64,000 nucleotides of DNA from Patescibacteria group bacterium (GCA_041660605.1 JBAZWB010000001.1:750503-814502), one strand, 5' to 3'; numbered from the stretch's first letter, positions 1 through 10,213 are shown. Numbers and translations are program-made. The notes: generated from the sequence alone by a model not told the origin.

Positions 1-368
1 TTGTGGTCGCGTTCCTTATAGTTAACCACGATATTTTGCGGTGAAAATTTCTTGGTCTTGAAGCGCGAGGTAAATGAGGAAATAGTAGTTATTTGCGGAT
101 CAATCTTAGCACTGTCATACATCTCCAGCAGCACCGACGGAGTCATAAACCAGCTCATCACGGTTTGGGAAAATAAATCAGAGGCCTGAATGGCGTAATA
201 ACCGTCGTACTGATACTCGGTGGTTTCCTGCTTATTTATCCTATTAATGGAAAAAGAGATTGAAGTGTCATAAAATACCGGACGCAGATAAGAAAATAAA
301 AACGTGGCAATCAGGGAAACTGCAGTAATGATTATTATCAGCCAGCGATATTTTTTTAGTATGGACAT
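1..368 (-). CDS. Partial Wzz/CpsC-like polysaccharide chain-length determinant (runs off the window start)
   Basis: Manual translation from ATG 368 gives MSILKKYRWLIIIITAVSLIATFLFSYLRPVFYDTSISFSI..., an N-terminal TM followed by a P-x-x-Y motif. Lies downstream of the GT and sugar transferase genes. Confidence 0.6.
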   Translation of the reverse strand, partial: MSILKKYRWLIIIITAVSLIATFLFSYLRPVFYDTSISFSINRINKQETTEYQYDGYYAIQASDLFSQTVMSWFMTPSVLLEMYDSAKIDPQITTISSFTSRFKTKKFSPQNIVVNYKERDH

Positions 369-446
369 AGCGATATTTTTATAGATTATTTATATGCGGA
401 TTCATTGAGAAAATGCCGGCCAATACGCTCTTAGCACCTTTAATTA

Positions 447-1547
447 TTACTTATATTTAAACTTTTGCCAAGACTCTTCAATAAACGCATTGATCCTTTG
501 CTTAAACTCTTCAATGTCATACTTTTCAGCGTGCCGGCGTATTTCTTCGGGATTAAAATCCTCGTGCCTGAAATGGATTATCGTGTCGGCCAGCGCTTCC
601 CAGGACTGTTCATCAAAAAGAACTCCCGTTTTGCCGGGGATAACCGTTTCCAGCGCTCCACCCGCTTCATAGGCAATAACCGGCCGGCCGCAGGCCATCG
701 CTTCTACTGGCGTAATGCCGAAATCCTCCTCCTGCGGATGGATGAATGCGCGGCAGTGAGATAAACACTTGATCACTTCCTGATCGGAAACAAAGCCTAA
801 AAACTTGATATTAGGCTTGGCTATGGCTTTCAGCCTGTCGTATTCCCCTCCTTCACCGATAATATAGAGAGGCAATCCCAGTTTATTGAATGCCTGGATG
901 GCTATATCCACTTTTTTATATGGCCTCAAACGGGAGACTATCAGGTAATAATCGCCTATTTCACGGCTGACGGAAAAACGTTTTATATTGATGGGCGGGT
1001 TTATTACCACGCTATCGCGGTGATAATATTTTTTTATCCTTCTGGCGACGAACTGCGAATTAGCGATAAAAAAATCTACCCTGTCCGCTGCCAGGCGATC
1101 CCACATTCTCAGATAACTCCTGTATAGCTGAGAAAACCTGCCGATAAGCTTAACGCGCTCAAGCTTATCGATTATTTCATTATGATCGCTCCAGAGATAG
1201 CGGGTCGGCGTATGGCAATAGCAGACATGCATTGTTTTTGGCGATGTCAGCACGCCTTTAGCCAGGCCGGAACTGTCCGATAAAACTACGTTATAGCCAG
1301 ATAAATCATAACTTTCAGTCGCCGGCACCATCATCGGCAAATACCACCTGAATTTCTTGCGAGCCATAGGAAAACGGGTGATGAATGATTCTATGATTTT
1401 ATAATCAGAAAAAACATGCTGGGTATTTTTTTCATCATAAATCAAGGTATGCACCGGCGCCTGGGGAAACATTTCACAGAATACCTTAAGGACGCGTTCT
1501 GCTCCTCCCAATTGATTCAGATGGTCATGCACTAAGGCAATTTTCAT
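447..1547 (-). CDS. Glycosyltransferase family 4 (GT-B)
   Basis: MKIALVHDHL..GGAERV N-terminus and EDFGITPVEAMACG motif. Start moved to ATG 1547. Confidence 0.9.
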   Translation of the reverse strand: MKIALVHDHLNQLGGAERVLKVFCEMFPQAPVHTLIYDEKNTQHVFSDYKIIESFITRFPMARKKFRWYLPMMVPATESYDLSGYNVVLSDSSGLAKGVLTSPKTMHVCYCHTPTRYLWSDHNEIIDKLERVKLIGRFSQLYRSYLRMWDRLAADRVDFFIANSQFVARRIKKYYHRDSVVINPPINIKRFSVSREIGDYYLIVSRLRPYKKVDIAIQAFNKLGLPLYIIGEGGEYDRLKAIAKPNIKFLGFVSDQEVIKCLSHCRAFIHPQEEDFGITPVEAMACGRPVIAYEAGGALETVIPGKTGVLFDEQSWEALADTIIHFRHEDFNPEEIRRHAEKYDIEEFKQRINAFIEESWQKFKYK

Positions 1548-1552
1548 ATTTT

Positions 1553-2944
1553 TTAACTGGCTGCTTTGGCTGCTAGCACTACAAAAAACGTTTTTAATAC
1601 TATCTGTAAATCTAATTTTGGAGACCAATTTTCAATATAATAAATATCTAGTTTTGCCTCATCCTCAAATTTTAAATCTGAACGTCCGGAAATCTGCGCT
1701 AAACCGGTCATGCCAGGCTTAATGGTTAAAAGCTTCTTATGCCAGCTTTCGTATCTGGAGACCTCTTCCGGCTCGTGCGGACGCGGTCCGACCACGCTCA
1801 TTTCCCCTTTTAAAACATTAATTAGCTGAGGAAATTCGTCCAGGCTGGTTTTTCGCAGAAATCTGCCCACGCGGGTGATGCGGGGATCATTTTTTATTTT
1901 AAACAATGGACCGTCGGATCTTTCATTTTTATTAAGCAGATCTTTCTTCAGTAAATGGGCGTTTTTTACCATAGAACGGAATTTATACAGAGTAAAAGTT
2001 TTGCCTTTAGCGCCTACCCGCTGCAGCTTGACGAATACCTCGCCCTGGGAATCAATTTTTATTAAAATTGCTATCAGCAGAAAAAATGGAGAAAGAATGA
2101 TTATGCATAAGGAGGAAATTATGATATCGAATATTCTTTTGAATATCCGGCCCCAGCCGTCAAGTCTCGTCCTGATAACTTCAATAATAGGTATATCAGC
2201 GATTGTCCGCACTTCAATGTGTGTTGGCTGGACTTCGAATAAATCGGTAGCGTATTTGAAAGTTATATGGTGTTCGCTGCAAAAATCCCTGATAAAAAGC
2301 ATCTGCTCCTTGGCCAATTGGGTGTCCAGCTGGATAATTTCATCGATTTGGACAGTTTTCATTTTTTCGGTCAATTGTTGCTGTGCGGATTCGTCAAATT
2401 GGTCAAAGCGAGTGATTATTTTATAGCCGAGGGAGGGAAATTTATATATTTGGCTGATAATGTCTTCCGTGGTCTGGTTCTTGCCGATAATCACGACATT
2501 ATGAAATCCGATGCCTTTTTTCAATAAATTTCTCTGAATACTGCGTACGATCAGGCGTCCCAAAGTTACCAATAATATTGACAGTCCCCAGCCGAATAAG
2601 ACGATAAAGCGGGAGGAAAAAAGCTCCCGCTGGAAAAAAATTATTATAATGACGATGGCAATGCTGGCCGTGCAACCAATAAAGATCGCAGTTACTTCAT
2701 CAAATAGGCGTCTCGTATTCTTTATGGCATACAAACCGGTTAAAGCGAAAATTATTAAAAAAACCAGCGGAACGAAAAATAATATATTGGCATAAGGCTT
2801 GAATATGATTTCGGTAACTACCGGCCTGAGATCGGTAAAAAAAGAAAAGAAACGTAACTGGTATGCAAAAAAGCCTGCCAGGATGATCATAAAATAATCA
2901 ACAGGTAATAAAACCACGCTAAATATTGATTCAGACTTGTTCAT
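1553..2944 (-). CDS. Polyprenyl-phosphate sugar phosphotransferase (WcaJ/CpsE-like priming transferase)
   Basis: N-terminal TMs, KRIFDI, KFRSM, DPRITRVGRFLRKTSLDEFPQLINVLKGEMSVVGPRP. Start moved to 2944 because the longer ORF overlaps rnpB. Confidence 0.92.
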   Translation of the reverse strand: MNKSESIFSVVLLPVDYFMIILAGFFAYQLRFFSFFTDLRPVVTEIIFKPYANILFFVPLVFLIIFALTGLYAIKNTRRLFDEVTAIFIGCTASIAIVIIIIFFQRELFSSRFIVLFGWGLSILLVTLGRLIVRSIQRNLLKKGIGFHNVVIIGKNQTTEDIISQIYKFPSLGYKIITRFDQFDESAQQQLTEKMKTVQIDEIIQLDTQLAKEQMLFIRDFCSEHHITFKYATDLFEVQPTHIEVRTIADIPIIEVIRTRLDGWGRIFKRIFDIIISSLCIIILSPFFLLIAILIKIDSQGEVFVKLQRVGAKGKTFTLYKFRSMVKNAHLLKKDLLNKNERSDGPLFKIKNDPRITRVGRFLRKTSLDEFPQLINVLKGEMSVVGPRPHEPEEVSRYESWHKKLLTIKPGMTGLAQISGRSDLKFEDEAKLDIYYIENWSPKLDLQIVLKTFFVVLAAKAAS

Positions 2945-2961
2945 TAATCGATATTTTTTAA

Positions 2962-3549
2962 TAAGCCTAAGCAAACCTGTAAGCCGAATTCTGTACCCCC
3001 ACACTAATAAATTGAAATTTTCAACTTATTAGTGTGGGGGCGATGACCATCTATCTAGGCCCGATATTGCTATCGAGCTCAAGCAACCAACCCGCCCCAC
3101 ACCAATTCCATTTATCAACTAGCAAATATATCTATAAACAGAATTGGTGTGGGGCCTATTTGGTTTTGCACCGGATAGGGTTTTTCATACTAGCCAGTCG
3201 CCTGGCCAGCCTGTGAGCTCTTACCTCACCGCTTTTCACCCTTACCCCCACACCTTTCGCATCATCATTATATTATAGCTTCTCTTATTGAATTAGAGGC
3301 ATGCGAAAGGTGTGGGGGCGGTATTGTCTCTGTGACACTCTCCCTGGACTTCAAATTTTTAAAATGCTATAGCACTTTCAAAAATCTTACTTCCGGTCGC
3401 CCTTAGCGACTACCCGCTTCTCCGGCTTATTAGCCGGAGGGTGTTCGGACTTTCCTCCCCCCACACCAATACGTAAAAATATATTCTGAAATAATGAGTA
3501 ATTCTAATGTATTGGTGTGGGGGGCGATCATCCAGCTTACTTAGGCTTA
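2962..3549 (-). ncRNA. rnpB: RNase P RNA (type A-like), expanded to ~590 nt
   Basis: The minus strand carries GAGGAAAGTCCG (3446-3457), AGTGTCACAGAGA..ACCGCC, TAAGGGTGAAA..GGTAAGAGC, CTAGATAGATG and ACAGAATTCGGCTTAC (2979-2994) in canonical order. The 5' TAAGCCTAAGTAAGC pairs with the 3' GTTTGCTTAGGCTTA (P1). Confidence 0.93.
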
Positions 3550-3555
3550 ATTTTG

Positions 3556-3584
3556 ATAATAGCGAAATAAGGGTATTTTGTCAA
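3556..3584 (-). promoter_or_regulatory. sigma70 promoter of rnpB
   Basis: TTGACA-17 nt-TATTAT immediately upstream of the P1 5' strand. Confidence 0.75.
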
Positions 3585-3616
3585 CACCCAATTATACATG
3601 GTACAATAAAGAAAAT

Positions 3617-4303
3617 ATGCAAAACTTTTATAAAATCGGCCACCGGGGCGCGGCCGGCTACGCGCCGGAAAATACCCTGCTTTCCATTAAAAAAGCTTTG
3701 GAATTAAAAGTTGATGCTATTGAATTCGACATTCACCGCTGCCAAACTGGGGAATTAGTAGTCATCCACGATGAAAAAGTTGACAGAACCACCGATGGTT
3801 CAGGTGAAATCGTTAGAATGAGCCTGGAAAAAATTAAAACATTTGATGCCGGCCTGGGCGAAAAAATCCCGACTCTAGATGAGGTTCTGGATTTGATTGA
3901 CGGAAAATCAAAAGTAAATATCGAACTTAAAGGTAAAGGTACGGCCAAGCCATTGGCGGATTTGATCGTAAAAAAAATCGCCTCAAAAAAATGGGAATTA
4001 TCCGATTTTATCGTTTCATCATTCGATCGGCCTAAGCTGGAACAATTCCATGGATTAGCTCCTGATATTTGGACGGGAATCATTTATACCCGGCCTCGCT
4101 TATTTTTCCTGCAAAAAGCGAAAAAAATTGGCGTAAAATCCATCCACCTTTCAAAAAAATTCGTTTCACGGAAAATTACCGAGAAAATCCATTTGGCGGG
4201 GCTAAAACTTTTTATTTATACGGTTAATGAACCGGACGAAATAAAAAAAATCCGGCAGCTTAGCGTTGACGGCATTTTTTCGAATTTTCCTGATAGATTA
4301 TAA
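3617..4303 (+). CDS. Glycerophosphodiester phosphodiesterase
   Basis: GHRGAAGYAPENT, EFDIH, HD, NIELK, YTVN, DGIFSNFPD motifs. Confidence 0.92.
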   Translation: MQNFYKIGHRGAAGYAPENTLLSIKKALELKVDAIEFDIHRCQTGELVVIHDEKVDRTTDGSGEIVRMSLEKIKTFDAGLGEKIPTLDEVLDLIDGKSKVNIELKGKGTAKPLADLIVKKIASKKWELSDFIVSSFDRPKLEQFHGLAPDIWTGIIYTRPRLFFLQKAKKIGVKSIHLSKKFVSRKITEKIHLAGLKLFIYTVNEPDEIKKIRQLSVDGIFSNFPDRL

Positions 4304-5179
4304 TTCCAGCAGGTACTTGTTGAAAAAATTCAGAACCTTATCTTCATACTCACCTTTGGATATTGTATAAGTATTCTCATGTTCTGACTCGCGCTGCAGC
4401 CAGAATTCCTTTACCCAGGGCGCCGCTTTGGCAAATTCCAGGGCATTCTCAATCGGCACCCTCTTGTCATGCGCGCCATGGATAATCATCAGTGGACGTG
4501 CTTTTAACCTGCTTAAATATTTGATGGGATTTATTCTTGGATAGTAAATGCCCGTACGAAATTTAATTATCCCGAGTATTAAATAGCCGATCGGGAAGAA
4601 AGGCAAACCTTTCAGGTACCTCTGGAAATTCATCCAGATGACGCTTTTGAAATGCGCATAGGTGGAATTGATGACAATCGCTTTTACTTCGGGTATATCC
4701 CCTGATTTCATCATTGCCACGGCCCCGCCCATGGAAAATCCCAGCAGGCCTGTTCGGCCCAGATCGACATCCCGGCGTTTTTTCAAATAATCGATGGCAC
4801 CGACCAAGTCCGCCTGCTCGCGCTGGCCAAAGGTAATGAACTTCCCTTCGCTCCCGCCGGAAGCGCGGAAATCAAACATAAAAATATTGTACCCGGCTTT
4901 ATTCAGAAAACTGGCCTGCGGCAAGAGCTGTTCCATTGACCGCCCGTAGCCGTGTAATAATATAATTATCGCCTTATTAACGCCGCGGATGAATGCCCCG
5001 GCTAGTTTCAGGCCGTCTGGTGAATTAAAATCGACAATTTCCGGGTGCAGGTCATACTTTTTCCATTCTTCTCTTTTGTATTCCCTCGGCGAACGGCAAA
5101 TTCTAGAGGCTACAAACCAGCTGACCCCAAAGATGAAGAACAACAGCAATATTAAAAATAAAATGATGTTGTAAACCAT
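4298..5179 (-). CDS. Membrane-anchored alpha/beta hydrolase
   Basis: N-terminal TM, HGY, GFSMGG nucleophile elbow, HGAHDKRVP, C-terminal His. Confidence 0.88.
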   Translation of the reverse strand: MVYNIILFLILLLFFIFGVSWFVASRICRSPREYKREEWKKYDLHPEIVDFNSPDGLKLAGAFIRGVNKAIIILLHGYGRSMEQLLPQASFLNKAGYNIFMFDFRASGGSEGKFITFGQREQADLVGAIDYLKKRRDVDLGRTGLLGFSMGGAVAMMKSGDIPEVKAIVINSTYAHFKSVIWMNFQRYLKGLPFFPIGYLILGIIKFRTGIYYPRINPIKYLSRLKARPLMIIHGAHDKRVPIENALEFAKAAPWVKEFWLQRESEHENTYTISKGEYEDKVLNFFNKYLLEL

Positions 5180-5181
5180 AA

Positions 5182-5595
5182 TTATTGCCGGAAATCGATT
5201 GCTTTATTAACTAATTTATCCGCCTCCTTATTTTTTTCCCTGGGAATATGGTGGAAACTAATTTTTTTAAAACCGATCATCAAATTCCAGGCTTTTACAA
5301 ACAAAGTGGCCAGCTGGCTATTCTTCACTTTCGCTCGCTGACTCAGCTGGTTAACGACCAATTCGCTGTCAATGAAAAAATCCAGCTCCTCCGCTCCCAG
5401 ACGCTTAGCCTGTTCCAGAGCCAAAACCACCGCCTGATACTCTGCCTGATTATTGGTCACCACCCCAATGAATTTCGAATAAGTGCCAATCAACTTTGTC
5501 CCCTGCCAGATAACAACGCCAACCCCTCCAGGTCCGGGATTACCTCTGGCGCCGCCGTCTGTGTAAATTTCGTATTTTTTTTCGCTCATATTCAT
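5182..5595 (-). CDS. rnhA: Ribonuclease HI
   Basis: YTDGGARGNPG, TNNQAEY, DSELVV, HIPREKNKEADKL. Confidence 0.92.
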   Translation of the reverse strand: MNMSEKKYEIYTDGGARGNPGPGGVGVVIWQGTKLIGTYSKFIGVVTNNQAEYQAVVLALEQAKRLGAEELDFFIDSELVVNQLSQRAKVKNSQLATLFVKAWNLMIGFKKISFHHIPREKNKEADKLVNKAIDFRQ

Positions 5596-6278
5596 TAATG
5601 AAAGTATTCAGATTTTAGCAGTTCTTTTACTGCATATTCGGGAAAACCGGTAAATAACCGCCGGCCCTCCATCTGGCTGCGATGCTTAAGCAACGCCTTC
5701 TTTTTAATCGCTGGGTCAATTAATATTTTTAAAGTAGGTTTCAAATATTTAATTTTCCTGGCATAATGTTTTGATTTTCTGCGGCTAGCCAGCCACTTTA
5801 ACGCTTTTCCGGTAATAACTGGCGGGAAAGCAAATGTCACAAATTTTATATGCTTCTTACCGGCAATTTTTCTGGCAATCTTACCGATGCCTATATGATC
5901 CAGATGGCCAGATATTCCATCTGGACCGAAACTTAAAATAAAATCAGGCTTAATTTTATTGGCGATTTTCAGGCCTTTTGTGTAAAGCAACCTGGCGTAT
6001 TTCTGAATTTTGCCATCAGGGACACCGGCAAATACAATTTTTTTAATATGCAGTATTCTACCGGCTGCCAATAATTCCTTTTTTCGAACACGCTTTAATT
6101 TTAATTCGGATATTTCTTTTTTTAAATGAGATTTTCCCTTTTCACCCAGTGATGCGCAGAAGAGGTAGTTTTCCCCGCCCTGCTTGAAATTTTTATATAA
6201 AGTTCCGGCCGCTGCGTAGCTCTCATCATCCGGATGGGCAGTGAAAACTAATATTTTTTTCCCTAAAACGAATTTCAT
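5595..6278 (-). CDS. PIG-L/LmbE family deacetylase
   Basis: AHPDDE, GEKG, GHLDH, HRSQ motifs. Confidence 0.88.
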   Translation of the reverse strand: MKFVLGKKILVFTAHPDDESYAAAGTLYKNFKQGGENYLFCASLGEKGKSHLKKEISELKLKRVRKKELLAAGRILHIKKIVFAGVPDGKIQKYARLLYTKGLKIANKIKPDFILSFGPDGISGHLDHIGIGKIARKIAGKKHIKFVTFAFPPVITGKALKWLASRRKSKHYARKIKYLKPTLKILIDPAIKKKALLKHRSQMEGRRLFTGFPEYAVKELLKSEYFH

Positions 6279-7984
6279 ATTACTTCAGACATTTTTAAAT
6301 CATTCATTTTCAATTGAAGCTCCTTGCTGCCGTTCCATTCATTAACCGATACTTCGAAAATTATGTCAATCATATCGCCGATTTTAAGCTCATTCCCCCA
6401 GCCATTACCAAACCCAAAAGCGATAACTTTTCTAGTAGTTGATTTTTGCTGCAGGACCAGGCGCAAATGCTTGCCGTCATTGCCGACTTTTTGCAGATCA
6501 ACAACCTCTAAGCGGTTAGCGATAAAATGCGGACTCGGGTTGCCCTCGCCAAACGGACCGAAATTTCCCAATTGAACTACGAGATCCCAGTCTATCTGAC
6601 TTAATTCCGCTTCGCAGTCGATAAAAAACTTTTTTACCATATCCTCTTTATTTATCAGCTTATCGGCCAGACTCTCCATCTTTTTCTTAAATTTTTCTAA
6701 ATTGCTCTTTTTCAGGGTAAACCCGCAAGCCGCCGCATGCCCGCCAAACCTTTCCAGCAATCCCCGCGAAGCAATCAATGCCTTGGTAATGTCGAAAGCC
6801 GGTATGGACCGCCCAGAACCGACTATTTCACCGTCTCTTTCTCCCATGATAATAACCGGCCGGCTATATTCATCTGCCAGGCGTCCGGCTACCAGTCCGA
6901 CGATGCCGACGGTCCAGTCTTTGCCGTTGGCGAATAATATTTTTTGGCTGGCTATTTTGCCTATCTGTTTTTTCGACTCTTTGACGATTTTATCGGTCTG
7001 CTGCTGCCTTTTTTTGTTGGTTTCTTCCAGCTGCATAGCCACCTTTTTCGCTACTTTAATGTCATTAGTCATCAGTAATTCATAAGCGGTATTGGCATGA
7101 TCAATGCGGCCGGCGGCATTCAGCCGCGGTACAATGCCGAAAGCCACACTGACGGAATCCAGGGTTTCAAGGCTGAAACGGGTTGAAGCAATTAATTCAT
7201 GCAAGCCCGGCCGACGGGTTTTTTTCAGGACTACCATGCCGTATTTTACCAGCGTCCGGTTTTCCCCGACCAAAGAAACGCAATCTCCGATCGTACCTAT
7301 AGCTACTAAATCAAGAAGCCATTTTTCAAAACCAGGCTCAAGTTTCTTGTTTTTATCCTCTCTGACCAGCGCTTCTGCCAGTTTGAAAGCTACTCCCACG
7401 CCGGCTAGATCCATATATGGATAATTATCACCCGGGACGCGGGGGTTGATAATAGCCAAAGCCTGCGGCAGCTCAGGCTGCGGTTCATGATGGTCGGTAA
7501 TAATCACATCAATGCCCTTCTCTCTCGCTGAATTCACTTCCTCCACATTGGCAATGCCGCAGTCAACGGTGATGATCAGCTGGGTGCCATTTTTTGCCAA
7601 TTCATTTACCGTCTTCAAGTTCATGCCGTAGCCTTCTGACATACGGTGCGGAATATAAACATTTACTTCGCCGCCCAGCGCTTTCAGCGTGGTGACCAGG
7701 GTAACGGTGGCGCAAACACCATCAGCGTCATAGTCGCCATGCACTGTAATCTTCTCTTTGTTCTGGATTGCCTGAAAAATCCTCTTTACCGCTTTGGGCA
7801 TGTCTTTGAATAAAAAAGGGTCGTGAATATCCTGCCCGTAATCGGGATTTAAAAACTCGTCTATTGATCCCTGACTTTTTAGCCCGCGATTAAACAACAG
7901 CTGCAATACAACCGGGCTGATTTCAGGAAATTTACTCTTAATTTCTTCTGGGATTGGCTTGGCAATCTGCCATTTTGTTTTCAT
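6275..7984 (-). CDS. recJ: ssDNA exonuclease RecJ
   Basis: GDYDADG, TVDCG, TDHH, PRLNAAGR, GSGRS, GGHAAACG. Start moved to ATG 7984. Confidence 0.95.
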   Translation of the reverse strand: MKTKWQIAKPIPEEIKSKFPEISPVVLQLLFNRGLKSQGSIDEFLNPDYGQDIHDPFLFKDMPKAVKRIFQAIQNKEKITVHGDYDADGVCATVTLVTTLKALGGEVNVYIPHRMSEGYGMNLKTVNELAKNGTQLIITVDCGIANVEEVNSAREKGIDVIITDHHEPQPELPQALAIINPRVPGDNYPYMDLAGVGVAFKLAEALVREDKNKKLEPGFEKWLLDLVAIGTIGDCVSLVGENRTLVKYGMVVLKKTRRPGLHELIASTRFSLETLDSVSVAFGIVPRLNAAGRIDHANTAYELLMTNDIKVAKKVAMQLEETNKKRQQQTDKIVKESKKQIGKIASQKILFANGKDWTVGIVGLVAGRLADEYSRPVIIMGERDGEIVGSGRSIPAFDITKALIASRGLLERFGGHAAACGFTLKKSNLEKFKKKMESLADKLINKEDMVKKFFIDCEAELSQIDWDLVVQLGNFGPFGEGNPSPHFIANRLEVVDLQKVGNDGKHLRLVLQQKSTTRKVIAFGFGNGWGNELKIGDMIDIIFEVSVNEWNGSKELQLKMNDLKMSEVI

Positions 7985-8102
7985 AGATTGGCTTTGATTA
8001 TAGCATTTACTGTCCGTTATTTCAATAAATAAATCACGGTGAAAATTTTGTTTTATTTCCAATGTACGCTATAATAATATTATTATTAAACCTAAAAAGA
8101 TA

Positions 8103-8786
8103 ATGGAACCGGATAATCTACTAAATGGCAAGAAAGAGAAGTGGTTTCCCCTTTTCTGGGATTGGGAACAGCGCTGGATCGCCGCAGTCGTACCAAAATT
8201 ACCAAGCTACCTAAACGGCTACAGCCTGACTCTTATGAGCATTCCGGAAATATTTTTAATATTGCTTTTCAGCTGGCTAGCCCAAAACAGCCTTTTTTGG
8301 CTGATCGGCGTTTCCCTCGTAATTTTATTCCAGTACCTTACGGATTCACTAGATGGCGCTGTCGGCCGTTACAGGAAATCAGGGCTTGAAAAATGGGGAT
8401 ACTACATGGACCATCTGCTTGATTTTTTATTTATGAGTTCAATTATCATCGGCTACGCCTTTTTTATGCCGGAGAATCTGCTTTCACTCATTAGCCTGCT
8501 AGCCATCGTCGGCAGTTTTTACGTCAGCTCTTTCCTGGCCTCAAACGTCACCAGAAAATTCAGGATGAGCTATTATAAAATCGGGCCGACGGAAATGAGA
8601 TTCTTTATCATTGGACTGAATATTCTGATGATTATTTTCAAACCGACTTTTATGACCACCCTTCTGCCTATACTGACTGCCGTCTTCCTGGCCATCCTGG
8701 TCTTTACGATTTATAGTACGCAAAAACAAATAATCGACATTGATAAAGATAAAATTAATCTCACCAGCAAAAATAATGGAAACTAA
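8103..8786 (+). CDS. CDP-alcohol phosphatidyltransferase family protein
   Basis: DSLDGAVGR...GYYMDHLLD signature and multiple TMs. Confidence 0.85.
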   Translation: MEPDNLLNGKKEKWFPLFWDWEQRWIAAVVPKLPSYLNGYSLTLMSIPEIFLILLFSWLAQNSLFWLIGVSLVILFQYLTDSLDGAVGRYRKSGLEKWGYYMDHLLDFLFMSSIIIGYAFFMPENLLSLISLLAIVGSFYVSSFLASNVTRKFRMSYYKIGPTEMRFFIIGLNILMIIFKPTFMTTLLPILTAVFLAILVFTIYSTQKQIIDIDKDKINLTSKNNGN

Positions 8787-9342
8787 ACATCTACTCAATT
8801 TTTTCTTTGAACTGGGCATCCTGAAAAAAGTTGAGCATGAAGGCTGGCGTCTGGCCGGTGTCGAGCATCCGGAAAGCGTTTCTGATCATTCTCTGCGTGC
8901 CGCGCAGATCGGCTTTGTGCTGGCCAAGCTGGAAAAACACAAAAATGCCTTTGAGGTATGCACCATGATTGTTTTCCATGATATCGCCGAATGCCGCACC
9001 GGAGACGTGCATAAAGTCGCTAATCGATACATTAAAAGGGACGAGGAAACTGCCGTAAAAGAACAGACAGTGAATTTGGAGGAAATCGGGCAGGAAATTT
9101 TTTCCTTATGGCAGCAGACAGAAAATAAAAACTCAACTGCTGGCATTATTGCCAAAGATGCTGATCTGATTGAACAGGCCATAACTGCCAAAGAATATAT
9201 GGAAAACGGGCATTCACTGGCATCGGACTGGATAAAAAACGTGAAAAAATCATTAGCTACCGCCTCAGCTAAGAAAATCATCGCTAATTTGGATAATATC
9301 AAATCCACCGATTGGTGGCAGGATCTAAAAAAAATCGACTAA
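8776..9342 (+). CDS. HD-domain phosphohydrolase (YfbR/HDDC2-like)
   Basis: GW, ESVSDHS, HDIAE..TGD, DAD motifs. Confidence 0.88.
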   Translation: METKHLLNFFFELGILKKVEHEGWRLAGVEHPESVSDHSLRAAQIGFVLAKLEKHKNAFEVCTMIVFHDIAECRTGDVHKVANRYIKRDEETAVKEQTVNLEEIGQEIFSLWQQTENKNSTAGIIAKDADLIEQAITAKEYMENGHSLASDWIKNVKKSLATASAKKIIANLDNIKSTDWWQDLKKID

Positions 9343-9343
9343 C

Positions 9344-10213
9344 ATGAAAATGGGCATATCATTAATCGCAACCAGCAAAGCCAGGCATCTTGTCCCATTT
9401 TTGAATAAATCCGGAAAGCTTCAGATATTATCTCCGGAAAAAAACAAGGACCATAAATACCATTTTCCTGACGGTGAAATCTATGTCAGGCTGGCAAAAG
9501 TCCATCAACTGGAAAAGCGCGTAATCGTCCTGCATTCCGGCTGTCCCGATCCAAATGCCGGCCTGATAGAATTGGAAATGATCCTGCAAATTTTAAATAA
9601 CCACACTTCGCACCGGATTGAAGTGTTTTTCAGTTATTTTCCCTATGGCCAGCAGGATAAAATGTTCAGCCCCGGAGAAATCAATATGGCTTATACCCTG
9701 CTGGAAAAACTAGTTAAAAATTACAATGTTAAGCGCATCTACGCCATAGACGCCCATTTTGTCGGACGACCGTGGGTGGAAAATTTTCCGTTTGTAAATA
9801 TCTCCGCGGTAGAAAAATTAAAATCAGTGGCGGAGAAAGAATATCCGGATCTGATCTATAAAACGCCTGACAGCGGCAGCCAGCGCCGGACCGGGATAAA
9901 AGGAGTGAAGAAAAAACGTATACATTCTTATGAAACCAGGACCAAATGCAGCCAAAGTTTTAAAAAAGACGTACAAGGAAAAACAGTGGCCGTAGTTGAC
10001 GATATTCTGGAAACTGGCGGCACTCTTGATCGCTTCTATGATGAATGTAAAAAATATGGCGCTAAAAAAGTTATCGCCCTGATCACGCATGGCGTCATGC
10101 CCAGCGGCATAAAAAGGATAGAAAAAAAATACGACCGGTTGTATCTGGCCAATACCATTCAAACAGCGGAAAAATCTGTTAACATTTCAGATTTAATAAT
10201 AAATTCTATTTAA
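9344..10213 (+). CDS. prs: Divergent ribose-phosphate pyrophosphokinase
   Basis: FPDGEIYVRL, PYGQQDK, DAH, VDDILETGGT, THG. Confidence 0.75.
   Translation: MKMGISLIATSKARHLVPFLNKSGKLQILSPEKNKDHKYHFPDGEIYVRLAKVHQLEKRVIVLHSGCPDPNAGLIELEMILQILNNHTSHRIEVFFSYFPYGQQDKMFSPGEINMAYTLLEKLVKNYNVKRIYAIDAHFVGRPWVENFPFVNISAVEKLKSVAEKEYPDLIYKTPDSGSQRRTGIKGVKKKRIHSYETRTKCSQSFKKDVQGKTVAVVDDILETGGTLDRFYDECKKYGAKKVIALITHGVMPSGIKRIEKKYDRLYLANTIQTAEKSVNISDLIINSI

Noticed and set aside
2996-3524. Repeated CCCCACAC..GTGTGGGG units as a CRISPR array
   Set aside because: These are inverted pairs with irregular spacing inside RNase P RNA. There are no constant direct repeats and no cas genes.
3034-3707. ORFs 3034-3216 and 3507-3707, and the N-terminal extension of 1553-3004
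   Set aside because: They overlap rnpB or its promoter, and the peptides are partly translations of the palindromic inserts.
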